Positions 11,879 through 21,317 of a stretch of DNA of 64,000 nt are shown in pieces. The stretch's first letter is position 1, and each line of letters opens with the position of its first letter. The notes under the pieces are model-generated. The model was not told the DNA's origin. It worked only from the letters and a program-made list of their open reading frames with translations, and did not search any database. Made by a program: the position numbers and the translations under genes. The stretch spans positions 6,528,001 to 6,592,000 of the forward strand of contig OY761158.1 in the NCBI GenBank assembly GCA_963664405.1, given 5' to 3'. The DNA comes from Thermoanaerobaculia bacterium. Lineage in GTDB: Bacteria; Acidobacteriota; Thermoanaerobaculia; Multivoradales; Multivoraceae.

Positions 11879-12103
11879 CGGGCAGGGCTATGCTAGCTCT
11901 AAACCTTGCAAACAAGGCGCGTACCGGAGGATTATGCGGTGGCTGAAGAAGGGGGCAGTGGTATGGTCACCCCAGATACTGGAAACTTATTTCCGCGCCG
12001 ACCCTTAGGAGACGCCTCATGGGATCCCTCGACGGAATCAAAGTGATAGAGATCGCCGGCATCGGCCCAGGATCCTTCTGCGCGATGATGCTCTCGGACA
12101 TGC

Positions 12104-12739
12104 TCAGGAGCCACCGGCCAGCGCTCCCGCAACGGCTCCGGGTGGCTGGTCATTGATGGCGGCCATGAGGCCCGCCTGCGAGTCCCCGGCAAAGGGTCGC
12201 GCCCCTGTCACCATCTCATAGAGGACCGCACCGGGGCCCCAGATGTCGGAGCGCTCGTCGGCCTCCTTGCCTTCGAGCTGCTCAGGGGCCATGTACTGGA
12301 GGGTCCCCAGGATCGAGCCTTCGCCCGTCAGCGGTTGGGTGACGGTCGGGGTCTGGGTGTCCCCCACGGTCGGCCCGGCGTGAACCACGCCCTTGGCGAG
12401 GCCGAAGTCCAGGACCTTGGCTCCGTCCCGAGTCAGCATGACATTGCCAGGTTTGAGGTCCCGGTGGATCACTCCGTGACGATGGGCGGCATCGACGGCC
12501 TCGGCGATCTGCGATCCGATCGTCGCCACCTCATCCAGCGGCATGGCGCCGCGTCGAAGCCGGTCCTCGAGGGTCTCGCCCTCCAGGTACTCCATGACCA
12601 GGTAGTCGACACCGTCTTCACTGCCGATGTCGTAGAGCGTGCAGACATGAGGATGGGTCAGCTGCGCGATTGTCTTCGCTTCACGCTCCAGCCGCTGACG
12701 GTAGAGCCTGTCCTGCCCGAGCTCCCCAGGCAGCACCAC
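12104..12739 (-). pseudogene. Hanks-type Ser/Thr protein kinase fragment
   Basis: HRDLKPGN, DFG, YMAPE, SDIW present; no Gly-rich loop or VAIK; early stop. Confidence 0.85.
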
Positions 12740-12769
12740 CCTTCTGTCTGAAATCCGTCAAGTTGGCCT

Positions 12770-12948
12770 CTAGACCAGCGTTTCCAAAGTTCGCGACACC
12801 TATCTCGGCCCCTTCTGCCCGCTGGCGGCGTTGGCTGGGCGTCCCCGCGCTCCTCGACAGATTCCCAATATGCCTGCGTCGGCGCGCCTTGCCAGCGAAC
12901 AGAATGACCTCGAGCTATGCGACTCGAACTTCGGAAACGCTGGTCTAG
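12770..12948. repeat. CTAG-bounded palindromic MITE/REP-like element, copy 1
   Basis: TIR CTAGACCAGCGTTTCC(A/G)AAGTTCG; shared core TATCTCGGCCCCTT...CCCAATATGCCTGC...AATGACCTCGAGCT. Confidence 0.9.
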
Positions 12949-12959
12949 TCCCCGAGCCA

Positions 12960-13188
12960 GAGTGGGTGGATCCGAACCGATCGTCGTGGAAAAAGATAGG
13001 TCGCGTAACCGCCGAGTGGTCAACAACATCGCCGAGAGGGGTGACCGGAGGATTACGCCATGGATGAGGGTGGCGCGCCAGGGCGAGAGGTTCTGGAGCT
13101 CCGCATAGCGATGGAACGGACTCTCCGGGGTCGGATTCGCGAAGCGATAGAGGCGACCTTGGCAGATCTCGATGAGGCGCTGGGCTAA
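12960..13188 (+). mobile_element. Probable IS256-family remnant (left end plus transposase N-terminus)
   Basis: GGAGG RBS then ATG 13060: MDEGG...ERTLRGRIREAIEATLADLDEALG*, resembling IS256 transposase N-termini. Confidence 0.4.
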
Positions 13189-13202
13189 ACTCTTCTGGCC
13201 CA

Positions 13203-14249
13203 CTAGAAGTTGTAGGTCAGGCGCACATCGATGCTGTCGACGTTGACGGCTTCCGGTCGATCGCCGACGGCCGCTAGATCATCCTCGGAGTACTCGAGCT
13301 GGAGGTCGAGAACCGCGTTCAATTTGTAGGCGAGGCCGAATCGCATTGTCTCGAGTTTCGACTCGTCGGCTTCCGACCAGTCGGCGATGAAGTCGACTTG
13401 CTGGCTCAGATGCAGGGTGAGCTCGGCGATGGAGTAGGTCTCGTCGGAGATCGTACCCACAAAGTCTCCGTCGAGCTCGATCCACTCGTAAGAAAGGTCG
13501 AAGAGCGGATTCTGAAAGCCGACGCCGACGTCGGAGATGGACCTCTTGGCGTCGATCGCATCGCCGATGTAGCGCTCTTCGATCCCGGCGAAGGCGTAAA
13601 ACCCGCGCTCGCCCTGCGGCTGGTAGCGCAGGTCGAAGAAGTAGTTGTCCGACAAACTAGAACCGTTGATGTTGCCGAGCCCGCTATCCTCGAAGTACTC
13701 GGCGGTGCTCGAGCTGGTGTCGAAGGCTCCGGCGCGGAAGACCGAGGTCTCTCCGACGTCGTAGCTGAGGATGAGCGCCGGTCCACTTTGGTTCGACACT
13801 GCAAAGCCGCCCGCACCGCCGAACTCGAGCGACGATTGCACGCTGCGGTCGCCGGGGAAGCCGGCTGCCTTCAACCCGAAGAGTAAAGGTTGCACTCCCG
13901 CCGAAAGAGCGGAACCTGCACCGGTGAATCCATTCCAGACGATAAAGGCTTCGGGGATGAAGGCCTCACTGTCGACGCTGTCACCGGTGACGTTGGTGGC
14001 GCCGAGCAGCAGCACGGCCTCGAAGTCGCCGTAGAGGGCCTCGAAGAGTACGCTGATCTGGTTGACCTCGAAACGATCTCCGCCGTCCTCTTCAGGGTAG
14101 CGGTCGCCGTCGCCATACTCGGCCCTGATATAGCCGCTGATGTCGAGGTCGCCGAGAAAATCGGATGCGGCCCAGGCGTTGTGCGTCATCGCGACCGCTA
14201 GGAGAGCCGTGACTCCGGCCGGCCCGAGTTTGCGGATGTGGTCGTACAC
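13203..14249 (-). CDS. Outer-membrane porin-like beta-barrel protein
   Basis: Signal peptide (AWA), amphipathic beta strands, C-terminal VRLTYNF; GTG start with GGAGAGG RBS. Confidence 0.75.
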   Translation of the reverse strand: MYDHIRKLGPAGVTALLAVAMTHNAWAASDFLGDLDISGYIRAEYGDGDRYPEEDGGDRFEVNQISVLFEALYGDFEAVLLLGATNVTGDSVDSEAFIPEAFIVWNGFTGAGSALSAGVQPLLFGLKAAGFPGDRSVQSSLEFGGAGGFAVSNQSGPALILSYDVGETSVFRAGAFDTSSSTAEYFEDSGLGNINGSSLSDNYFFDLRYQPQGERGFYAFAGIEERYIGDAIDAKRSISDVGVGFQNPLFDLSYEWIELDGDFVGTISDETYSIAELTLHLSQQVDFIADWSEADESKLETMRFGLAYKLNAVLDLQLEYSEDDLAAVGDRPEAVNVDSIDVRLTYNF

Positions 14250-14404
14250 TTTGGTGATTCCTCTCCTTGGGGAGCTTGGTGTCGAAGCCCTCGCTGCTTG
14301 GGCCACTCGGTGCCGCGATTCTTCGCTGCCCGGCGTCTACTGTCAAGCCCGATCTTGCAGGAAATCTACTGCCCCGGCGTCGGTCGGAGTCGTGGACTGT
14401 TGTA

Positions 14405-15559
14405 GTGTCTGCGACGGTGTCTGATAGGCATTTGCGACAGGCGTTGAGACTCGCCGCCAAGGGGCGCTATCGGACGGCTCCGAATCCGCGGGTCGGTGCG
14501 GTTGTCACCGACTCCGAGGGAGTCGTCGTGGGTCGTGGCTTTCATCGCGCGTTGGGTGAGAGCCATGCCGAAGTAGTGGCGCTCAACGAGGCGGGAGCGA
14601 AAGCGCACGGCGGATCGCTTTACGTCACCCTCGAGCCCTGCTCTCATCACGGTCGCACGCCGCCCTGCACCGCGGCCGTGCTTGAGTCGGGAGTGCGACG
14701 CGTCGTCGCCTGCCATGTCGACCCGAATCCAAGCGTCTCGGGCCAGGGTTTTCACACCCTCGCCAGGGCTGGATTGGAGGTGAAGTGGGGCGAGCGGATG
14801 GAGGAAGCCCTCGCTTTGAACTTGGGCTTTGTGGTTTCCCATCTGCTCAAAAGACCGCAGGTGTCGCTGAAGTGGGCGATGAGTCTCGATGGCCGCATCG
14901 CCACCAGCGCCGGAGAAAGTCAGTGGATCTCATCCCCTAAAGGCCGTCGATGGGCACTGGCCTTGCGCGAGGAGCACGACGCCATCCTGGTGGGCAGTGG
15001 CACCGCACTCACAGACGATCCGTCCCTCGATCGTCGTCTCGGTTACTCCGGCAGCCCGAACACCAGGGTGATTCTCGATCGGAGGCTGCGTCTCCAGGCC
15101 GACGCCCGTCTCTTTGCCGCCGAGGGTCCGGTGCTGGTGTATACGGAGTCCGCTGACGCGTCGCGCAAGAAAGCGCTGGAGGGGGCCGGGGCCCGGGTCA
15201 TCCGCCGCGCGCAACTGACCCTGCCCAAGGTGCTGCGCGATCTCCACCGCCGCGGCGTTCAGAGCCTGTTGGTCGAGGGCGGAGGGATGATCCTCGGAGC
15301 CTTCGTCGGCGCCGACCTCTTCGATCGGGTGGAAGTGTGTTGCGCTCCGATGCTGATCGGAGCGGAAGGTGCACCTGGACCGGTTGGCGGCACCGGGGTC
15401 GACACCCTCGCTTCTAGCCCTCGGCTTACCGATCTCGAGGTCCGTCGCCGAGGCCCTGACTTGATCCTGTCGGCGCTGCGTCGCGGTTTGCTCGCCGAGC
15501 TGGAAACGAGGTTGGAAGCCGCGACGAGCGCGCAGACGACGTCATCGAGCCGAGGCTAA
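14405..15559 (+). CDS. ribD: Bifunctional riboflavin deaminase/reductase RibD (start approximate)
   Basis: PNPRVG, HAE, TLEPCSHHGRTPPC, KWAMSLDG, VEGG. Confidence 0.96.
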   Translation: MSATVSDRHLRQALRLAAKGRYRTAPNPRVGAVVTDSEGVVVGRGFHRALGESHAEVVALNEAGAKAHGGSLYVTLEPCSHHGRTPPCTAAVLESGVRRVVACHVDPNPSVSGQGFHTLARAGLEVKWGERMEEALALNLGFVVSHLLKRPQVSLKWAMSLDGRIATSAGESQWISSPKGRRWALALREEHDAILVGSGTALTDDPSLDRRLGYSGSPNTRVILDRRLRLQADARLFAAEGPVLVYTESADASRKKALEGAGARVIRRAQLTLPKVLRDLHRRGVQSLLVEGGGMILGAFVGADLFDRVEVCCAPMLIGAEGAPGPVGGTGVDTLASSPRLTDLEVRRRGPDLILSALRRGLLAELETRLEAATSAQTTSSSRG

Positions 15560-16506
15560 TGTCCCTGGTCAGCTATCCCCGCCCGGAGGTGGGCCGCTGG
15601 TTCGTTCGTCGCGCCTTTCGCAAGTGGCCGGGGCGGCGCAGGCGTTGGCTGGATCTGGTTTCTGGGACCATCCGTCAGGACAGCCCCGGTGTCGACCTGC
15701 CAACAGCGAAGGGGCTGCGCCCGCTCCCCGATCTGCTATACCTACCGCCGGTCGAGCCTGGTGTGGAAGAGGCTCGGGGGGAGATGATCCGGAACCTCGC
15801 CGAGAGCGGGGCAGCAGTCTTGGTGCAGTGCTCGCCACAGGGCCCATTCCCGCCCGCTACGCCCGGGGTATCCGTGGTCGTCGATGTGCTCGAGGATCTG
15901 CTCTCTGAATCACTCGACGGTCTCGGTCCCCTGCCCTCGGGTTGCGCCGTTGCTTGGCCCCTCCTCGGCGGGATCAGCGATGGCCCCGAGCTCCTGGATC
16001 GGGTGTTCGCGCACTTCGCCGAGGAGGGAGTGAGCTGTGTCCAGGCCGTGACTCCCTCGTTTTCGGCCCGCGATCGGCAGCAGTTGGTGGCGGAGAGAGG
16101 GGGCGGAGATGAGTTCTTCGATTCACTCTTTCATCGCCGGCCTGCTTCGGAGCGTGATCTCGCGGCGGTGGCGGTGAGGCACGGTCTCGGATCCTTCTTC
16201 CTGCGACCTTCACGAGCCGCGAGCCGCCACGAGCGGAACCTCGAGTTGGCTGAGACCCTGGCCCTTGCCGGTGAGGTCTGGCTGCGCCTCGGTCGCTCCG
16301 AGGTTGGCGGCCAGGCTCTCTTTCGTGCCTCGCGTTGGGCAGCCGAAACGCCGGTTGAGGTTCGTGCCGTGGCCCTCGAGGGCAATCTCGGCGTGGTGGA
16401 CTGGGTCGCCGGCGAGGTCACCGAGTTGATAGTGGAGTGGGCCTCGACCGGAGGCTCGAAGCAGTTAGAGGAGTGGCTCGGGGAGTACGCAGAGGGGGGA
16501 GAGTAA
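15559..16506 (+). CDS. Hypothetical protein; C-terminus resembles PolX 8-kDa helical domain
   Basis: TAATG-coupled to ribD and ltaE; NLELAETL...ALFRASRW...EGNL...[15 protein letters not shown]. Confidence 0.65.
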   Translation: MSLVSYPRPEVGRWFVRRAFRKWPGRRRRWLDLVSGTIRQDSPGVDLPTAKGLRPLPDLLYLPPVEPGVEEARGEMIRNLAESGAAVLVQCSPQGPFPPATPGVSVVVDVLEDLLSESLDGLGPLPSGCAVAWPLLGGISDGPELLDRVFAHFAEEGVSCVQAVTPSFSARDRQQLVAERGGGDEFFDSLFHRRPASERDLAAVAVRHGLGSFFLRPSRAASRHERNLELAETLALAGEVWLRLGRSEVGGQALFRASRWAAETPVEVRAVALEGNLGVVDWVAGEVTELIVEWASTGGSKQLEEWLGEYAEGGE

Positions 16507-17540
16507 TGGAGATGATCGACCTCAGATCCGACACCGTGACCCGCCCCGATGCCGAGATGAGAAGGGCGATGGCGGAGGCCGAGGTTGGCGACGATGTCTA
16601 CGGTGAGGACCCAACCGTGCGCGAGCTCGAAGAAGAGGCTGCGGGCACGGTAGGCAAAGAGGCCGCTTTATTCGTGCCCTCTGGAACAATGGGCAACCAG
16701 GTCTGCCTGCACCTTCATACGCGGCCGGGAGACGAGATCCTCTGTGAAGCGATGAGCCATGTCTTTCACTACGAGATGGGCGCCTTGGCGGCGCTCTCCG
16801 GGGTTCAGGCGAAGCCGCTGACCTCGGCGGACGGACTGCTCGATCCAGATGTCGTGAGGGCCGCGATCGTTCGTGATGTGCCCTACCAGTCGCGAACCGC
16901 GGCGCTGGTGGTGGAAAATACCCACAATCTCGCCGGGGGTACTGTCTACGACCAACAGCGTCTGAATGAACTTGCCGAGGCGGCGAGAGAGGGCGGAATC
17001 CGTCTTCACGTCGACGGTGCCAGAATCTTCAATGCGGCCGTGGCATTGGGGTGTAGTGTGGCCGCGCTCGCCGAGGGTTGTGACTCTCTCACCTTCTGTC
17101 TCTCGAAGGGCCTGGGGGCTCCGGTCGGCTCACTGATCTGTGGCTCAGAAGACTTCATTCTCGAAGCGCGGCGGATACGCAAGATGCTGGGCGGCGGGAT
17201 GCGTCAGGTCGGCGTCCTGGCGGCCGCCGGCTTGGTCGCGCTGAGAAAGGGGCCGCTGGCATTGGCGGAAGACCACAGCAACGCCTCTCTCCTCGCCGAT
17301 GGGCTTTCGGAGCTTTCCGGGGTAACGATCGCGGGTCCGAAGTTGCGTACGAATATCGTTGTCTGCCGCTTACGAGAAATGTCGGCTTCGGTTCTGGCCG
17401 CGAAGCTCGAGGCAGAGGGCGTGTTGTCCATTCCCCTGGCCGAGGATCGTCTGCGCTTCGTTACCCATCGGGATCTGGTGAGAGATCAGGTCGAACGGGC
17501 TCTGGAGATCGCTCGTCGAGTGATCCTTGCTCCTCCTTGA
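16506..17540 (+). CDS. ltaE: Low-specificity L-threonine aldolase
   Basis: [39 protein letters not shown]. Confidence 0.95.
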   Translation: MEMIDLRSDTVTRPDAEMRRAMAEAEVGDDVYGEDPTVRELEEEAAGTVGKEAALFVPSGTMGNQVCLHLHTRPGDEILCEAMSHVFHYEMGALAALSGVQAKPLTSADGLLDPDVVRAAIVRDVPYQSRTAALVVENTHNLAGGTVYDQQRLNELAEAAREGGIRLHVDGARIFNAAVALGCSVAALAEGCDSLTFCLSKGLGAPVGSLICGSEDFILEARRIRKMLGGGMRQVGVLAAAGLVALRKGPLALAEDHSNASLLADGLSELSGVTIAGPKLRTNIVVCRLREMSASVLAAKLEAEGVLSIPLAEDRLRFVTHRDLVRDQVERALEIARRVILAPP

Positions 17541-18066
17541 GGACGCAGACATAAGGGAGGTTTCTCCAGCCCTCGTTCCAATCGAGGCCGTAGCCGACGA
17601 CGAAGCGATCGCTGATCTCGAAGCCGCAGTAGTCGATTGGGACCTCAACGCGGCGGCGCTCGCGCTTGTCGAGGAGGGCACACAAGCGTACGGTCCGCGC
17701 GCCTCTGAAGCGAAAAAGGTCGAGGATGGTACGCACTGTGTTGCCGGTATCGACGATGTCTTCGATCAGAAGGACGTCTTTGTCGCGAACGGAAAGGTCG
17801 ATGTCTTTGTGGATGCGTACCTCTCCAGGGCTGGTGGCGCCGCGATAACTCGAGGCCTGGAAGAAATCCACGGCTACGGGCACGCTCAACTGTTTGAGCA
17901 GATCCACCATGAAGAAAATGGCTCCCTTGAGGACGCCGACGCAGATCAGGTCCTTCGATTCGCGATAGTCCTCGTTGAGGCGAGTGGCAAGCTCGGTCAC
18001 GCGTTCCTGGATCTGCTCGCTTGAGATGAGTACTTCGAGACGGGGTGAGGGCGAGCTGGGGATCAT
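17461..18066 (-). CDS. hpt: Hypoxanthine phosphoribosyltransferase
   Basis: [32 protein letters not shown]. Confidence 0.95.
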   Translation of the reverse strand: MIPSSPSPRLEVLISSEQIQERVTELATRLNEDYRESKDLICVGVLKGAIFFMVDLLKQLSVPVAVDFFQASSYRGATSPGEVRIHKDIDLSVRDKDVLLIEDIVDTGNTVRTILDLFRFRGARTVRLCALLDKRERRRVEVPIDYCGFEISDRFVVGYGLDWNEGWRNLPYVCVLKEEQGSLDERSPEPVRPDLSPDPDG

Positions 18067-18250
18067 TGTCTTGGTTCAATGTTTCGCTCGCCGATCCTAT
18101 CTCCTTGCTGGGCCACCACGGCGACGAGAGCAGTGATAAGTTGCTGTCTCGCCCTAGCCTACGGAAGTGATGGCCATCACCTCTATGGGCTGGGAAAACA
18201 GGTCGTTGCAGGTGCCGAGGCGCTTGCGCTGCGGGCTTGCAGGGGGGCGC

Positions 18251-18586
18251 ATGAAGCTGACAGAGCGAATAGTCGGCGACGCGGTTGTTGTCGATGTCGA
18301 AGGGAGGCCCAGTGTCTCTCGCGGTTCCGGTATGGTGAATGTGGTGGAGGATCTACTGAAGAGGAAGGTGCGGGCCATTGTCCTCAACCTTCGCGTCAGA
18401 GGCTTTGACAGTAGCTGCATGGGAGAGGCACTGGTCTGTCACTTGAAGGCGAAGAGGCGGGGTGCGGCTCTCTGCGTCGTCTCTGACGACATCAAGATCT
18501 GGGATGTAATCAAAGCGATGCAGCTCGATCGTGTGCTTGACTGTCACCACGCCGAGGAGGGGGCTCTGGCCGCCTTGAGGAACTGA
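18251..18586 (+). CDS. STAS-domain anti-sigma factor antagonist
   Basis: MKLTERIVGDAVVVDVEG...FDSSCMG...LDRVL...EEGAL. Confidence 0.75.
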   Translation: MKLTERIVGDAVVVDVEGRPSVSRGSGMVNVVEDLLKRKVRAIVLNLRVRGFDSSCMGEALVCHLKAKRRGAALCVVSDDIKIWDVIKAMQLDRVLDCHHAEEGALAALRN

Positions 18587-18603
18587 AGAGCAGAGGATCG
18601 AGC

Positions 18604-18858
18604 TTGGCCATCAAAGTAGCTGCCGACACTCGCAAGGCGTTGGTCACATCGATCAAGCGTTACTTCAAAGAGGAGCTGGATCAGGAGATCGGCGATCTCA
18701 AGGCGGAGCTGTTCCTGCAGTTCTGTCTCGAGGAAGTCGGCGCAACGGTCTACAACCAAGCGATTGCCGATGCTCAGGCATACTTCCAGGGGAAGATCGA
18801 GGACCTCGAGGGCTCTTGCTTCGAGCCAGAGCTCTCTTATTGGGAGAAGTCTCGCTGA
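18604..18858 (+). CDS. DUF2164-family protein
   Basis: SIKRYF.EELDQEIGDLKA...GATVYNQAIADAQ. Confidence 0.85.
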   Translation: MAIKVAADTRKALVTSIKRYFKEELDQEIGDLKAELFLQFCLEEVGATVYNQAIADAQAYFQGKIEDLEGSCFEPELSYWEKSR

Positions 18859-18872
18859 GACGACGCCTGCAC

Positions 18873-19345
18873 TCAGCTCTTCGTTCTCTCCGGTTTGACG
18901 GCGCCGATGCAAACGACCGGTACGCTCAACGCGATCTCGCCTGGCGGCTAGCGACTTCGTTAAGGCGGCGCTCCAGATCCACGAAGGTATCCTCGACGCG
19001 GTCCAGTGGCGGAATGGCCTTCCACGCTTTCAAGAAGCCGACTCGAATGAGGGTGTGGCGAAGAAGCGCTGAACCGTCGGCGAATCGGATGCGAAACGAG
19101 TCGGTCTCGAGGCCTGCACCCCACGGATCGACCGCGATAACGTTAGCGCCGGGGCCGCAGCGCTGGGCCAGCTCGAGGGTCGAGAAACCGGTACCGCAGC
19201 CGACATCGAGAATAGTGCCGTTCTTGTCGAGGGGAACACGATCGAGAAGCATTCTGCCGAAGGGCGCTGACCAGAGGGGTAGCTCGTCGTAGATCTCGGC
19301 GAAGCTGGGGTCTTCGAGATCGACGTCGTCGAGGAAGTTGAGCAT
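18873..19345 (-). pseudogene. Class I SAM methyltransferase, apparently internally deleted with a 3' frameshift
   Basis: YDELPLWSAPFG, LDVGCGTG, VDPW then an abrupt jump to C-terminal FADGSALLRH; tail GEIALSVPVVCIGAVKP in another frame. Confidence 0.6.
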
Positions 19346-19375
19346 CGATCCACCCTACACTGGACGCGCGCAGTT

Positions 19376-20155
19376 ATGAGGGCAAACGAGGAAGAGGGCG
19401 ACACGGTTCTCGATCGAGGACTACTCACTCTCGTCGGTCATGGAGATCTTCGTTTTTGGAACCCGGTGTCGCCCGAGATCATGGATGGTTTGTTCGCCCA
19501 GCTACCGGTACCGACAGGCGGACTCCTCCTCGATGTCGGCTGTGGACGCGGCGAGCTATTGCTGCGCCTCCTCGAGCGCAACAACTGCCGTGGCTTGGGC
19601 TATGACCCTTTAGTCGAGGCAATCGCGATCGCCCGGCAAGAGGCGAAAGCACGTCTCTCGCCTGGCCGACTGGAGCTGTTGGCGCAACCCTTCGAGGCAT
19701 CTCGGCTGACCCCGGAGTCGGTCGACGTTGCGGCCTGCGTCGGGGCGACGCATGCGATCTCGAATTACCGAGAGAGCCTCCGGGTGCTGCGAGGTCTGGT
19801 GCGTCCAGGAGGAGTCCTGCTGGTCGGTGAGGGATATTGGAAGCAACGCCCGGATCCCAGGTACCTGAGCTTCCTCGGTTGCAGTGAAGACGACCTCTTC
19901 AGCCATCGAGGCAATATCGAGTGCGCCCAGGACCTAGGCCTGGAGCTGCTGGAGGACCGGGAGGCGAGCGCCCGAGAATGGGCTTTGTACGAGGACACCT
20001 ATGCCAGGAATCTTCGGCGTTTCGTTCGCCTTCACCCTGGGGCTCCCCAGGCCCCGTTCTTTGCTGCCCGAGTGCGACGTTGGCGAAAGGCGTATCTCAC
20101 CTGGGGAAGAGATACGCTCGGTTTCGGCCTCTATCTTCTTCGCCGTTCGGAGTAG
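19376..20155 (+). CDS. Class I SAM-dependent methyltransferase
   Basis: LLDVGCGRGE, CVGATH, LLVGEGYW, RDTLGFGLY. Confidence 0.88.
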   Translation: MRANEEEGDTVLDRGLLTLVGHGDLRFWNPVSPEIMDGLFAQLPVPTGGLLLDVGCGRGELLLRLLERNNCRGLGYDPLVEAIAIARQEAKARLSPGRLELLAQPFEASRLTPESVDVAACVGATHAISNYRESLRVLRGLVRPGGVLLVGEGYWKQRPDPRYLSFLGCSEDDLFSHRGNIECAQDLGLELLEDREASAREWALYEDTYARNLRRFVRLHPGAPQAPFFAARVRRWRKAYLTWGRDTLGFGLYLLRRSE

Positions 20156-20182
20156 GGCCTCGGGCCGATGCGGACTTCCCGC

Positions 20183-21010
20183 TCACTGAAGGCCGAGAGA
20201 CGCTGGCGCTGAGGGGGCCGTCGTCCGTGCCGGTGCTTGCAGCCGGAAACTACTACTGTTGTGCTGCGGCGCTCTTGCCACCGGCGCCGAGGGCACCTGG
20301 ACAGTAGGCGGACGCGGGGAGGGTCTGTTGGGGTGGCCGGGACGGCTCGGAGGCGAGCCTACGACGAGTCCATATTGAAGGTAGTAGGGAACCTGGCCAT
20401 ATCCAGGATAGGGCGTGGTCTCACGCCGGTAGGCCTCGGCGGCAAGCGCCTCACTCTGGAGTCGCAGGGTCAATTCGAGGATGCGTGCCTCAGCGAGTTG
20501 GGCTGACAGCGCTCTTCGCTGCGCCACCTCGGCTGCCGGCAGCCACTCTCCCTGGTAGAAGAGGTGACCGCGGAGCTCGTGACACTGCTGTGCCTTGAGC
20601 CAGCGCTCCTCGCAGCGTACATAGCCTAGACGCTCACGAGCGCCGGCGTGCTCCGGATCCAGCGCAAGCACCTGGTCGAGTACGTGATTGGCCAAGGTCT
20701 GGTGGCCGCGGCCTCCGATGCGCAATGCGAGATGATAGCGGGCATCGGCATCGCCGGGCTCCAAGGCGTCGAGCTCTTCCCTCACCCTCTCTTCCTCGCT
20801 CCTTGCGCCGACCACTCGATCGATGAGCTCGGCCGGGAGACTCAGGGTGCCGAGGGCGGAGGTGATCTCCAGCTCTCCGTTTTCGAGCTGCCTCGTTCGC
20901 CCTTCGAGGCTGTTCCCGTTCTTGAGCCAAACGACGTCGGCCTGGATCGGAAGAGCTAGGCCTAGGGTTAGAGCGAGAGTGAGTGTGAGGACGCAGCTGG
21001 ACTTCAACAT
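20183..21010 (-). CDS. Hypothetical secreted protein
   Basis: Signal peptide then ADVVWLKNG; TPR-like LDPEHAGARERLGY; Pro-rich tail. Confidence 0.7.
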   Translation of the reverse strand: MLKSSCVLTLTLALTLGLALPIQADVVWLKNGNSLEGRTRQLENGELEITSALGTLSLPAELIDRVVGARSEEERVREELDALEPGDADARYHLALRIGGRGHQTLANHVLDQVLALDPEHAGARERLGYVRCEERWLKAQQCHELRGHLFYQGEWLPAAEVAQRRALSAQLAEARILELTLRLQSEALAAEAYRRETTPYPGYGQVPYYLQYGLVVGSPPSRPGHPNRPSPRPPTVQVPSAPVARAPQHNSSSFRLQAPARTTAPSAPASLGLQ

Positions 21011-21017
21011 CTCGCTA

Positions 21018-21194
21018 TCAACCCCCTTCCGGCTTCTTCTTGAGCACTTCGTCAAGAAAAGCGCGAGTCAGCTTCTGGGTTTGGTTGCTGAATGCCTGAA
21101 ATTTCTTACCGCACTTTGGGCAGGTTGCGATGTCGTAGTGATAGTCGTCTTGGATCTTAACCGGCAGTTTGCAGTGGGGGCAGGTAGCGTCCAT
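21018..21194 (-). CDS. Small zinc-ribbon protein (58 aa, not in ORF track)
   Basis: MDATCPHCKLPVKIQDDYHYDIATCPKCGKKFQAF...; TATAAT-GGAGGC directly before ATG. Confidence 0.75.
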   Translation of the reverse strand: MDATCPHCKLPVKIQDDYHYDIATCPKCGKKFQAFSNQTQKLTRAFLDEVLKKKPEGG

Positions 21195-21317
21195 GCCTCC
21201 ATTATACCGGGCAGGGCTTCACTGGCTGGCCTCCGGGGGTGTACATTAGCGGTGCTGCTCGAGCTAGCCCCGAACGCGCCAATTTCGGCATTGCCGTCTA
21301 CGATCGGAGTTCAACTG

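Larger units (their letters stand above)
10000..12004 (-). mobile_element. ISAzo13-family insertion sequence (2,005 bp)
   Basis: Perfect 18-bp TIR GGGTCGGCGCGGAAATAA; 3-bp TTA duplication (9997-9999, 12005-12007) within CC-TTA-GG. Confidence 0.93.

Noticed and set aside
12658-13203. 181-aa ORF
   Set aside because: Made of the antisense IS256-like stub plus MITE read-through
14250-14404. FMN riboswitch upstream of ribD (also checked upstream of ribBA)
   Set aside because: No RFN consensus motifs seen
20823-21317. N-terminal half of the 316-aa ORF
   Set aside because: Antisense to two minus-strand genes; RBS supports a start at 21318
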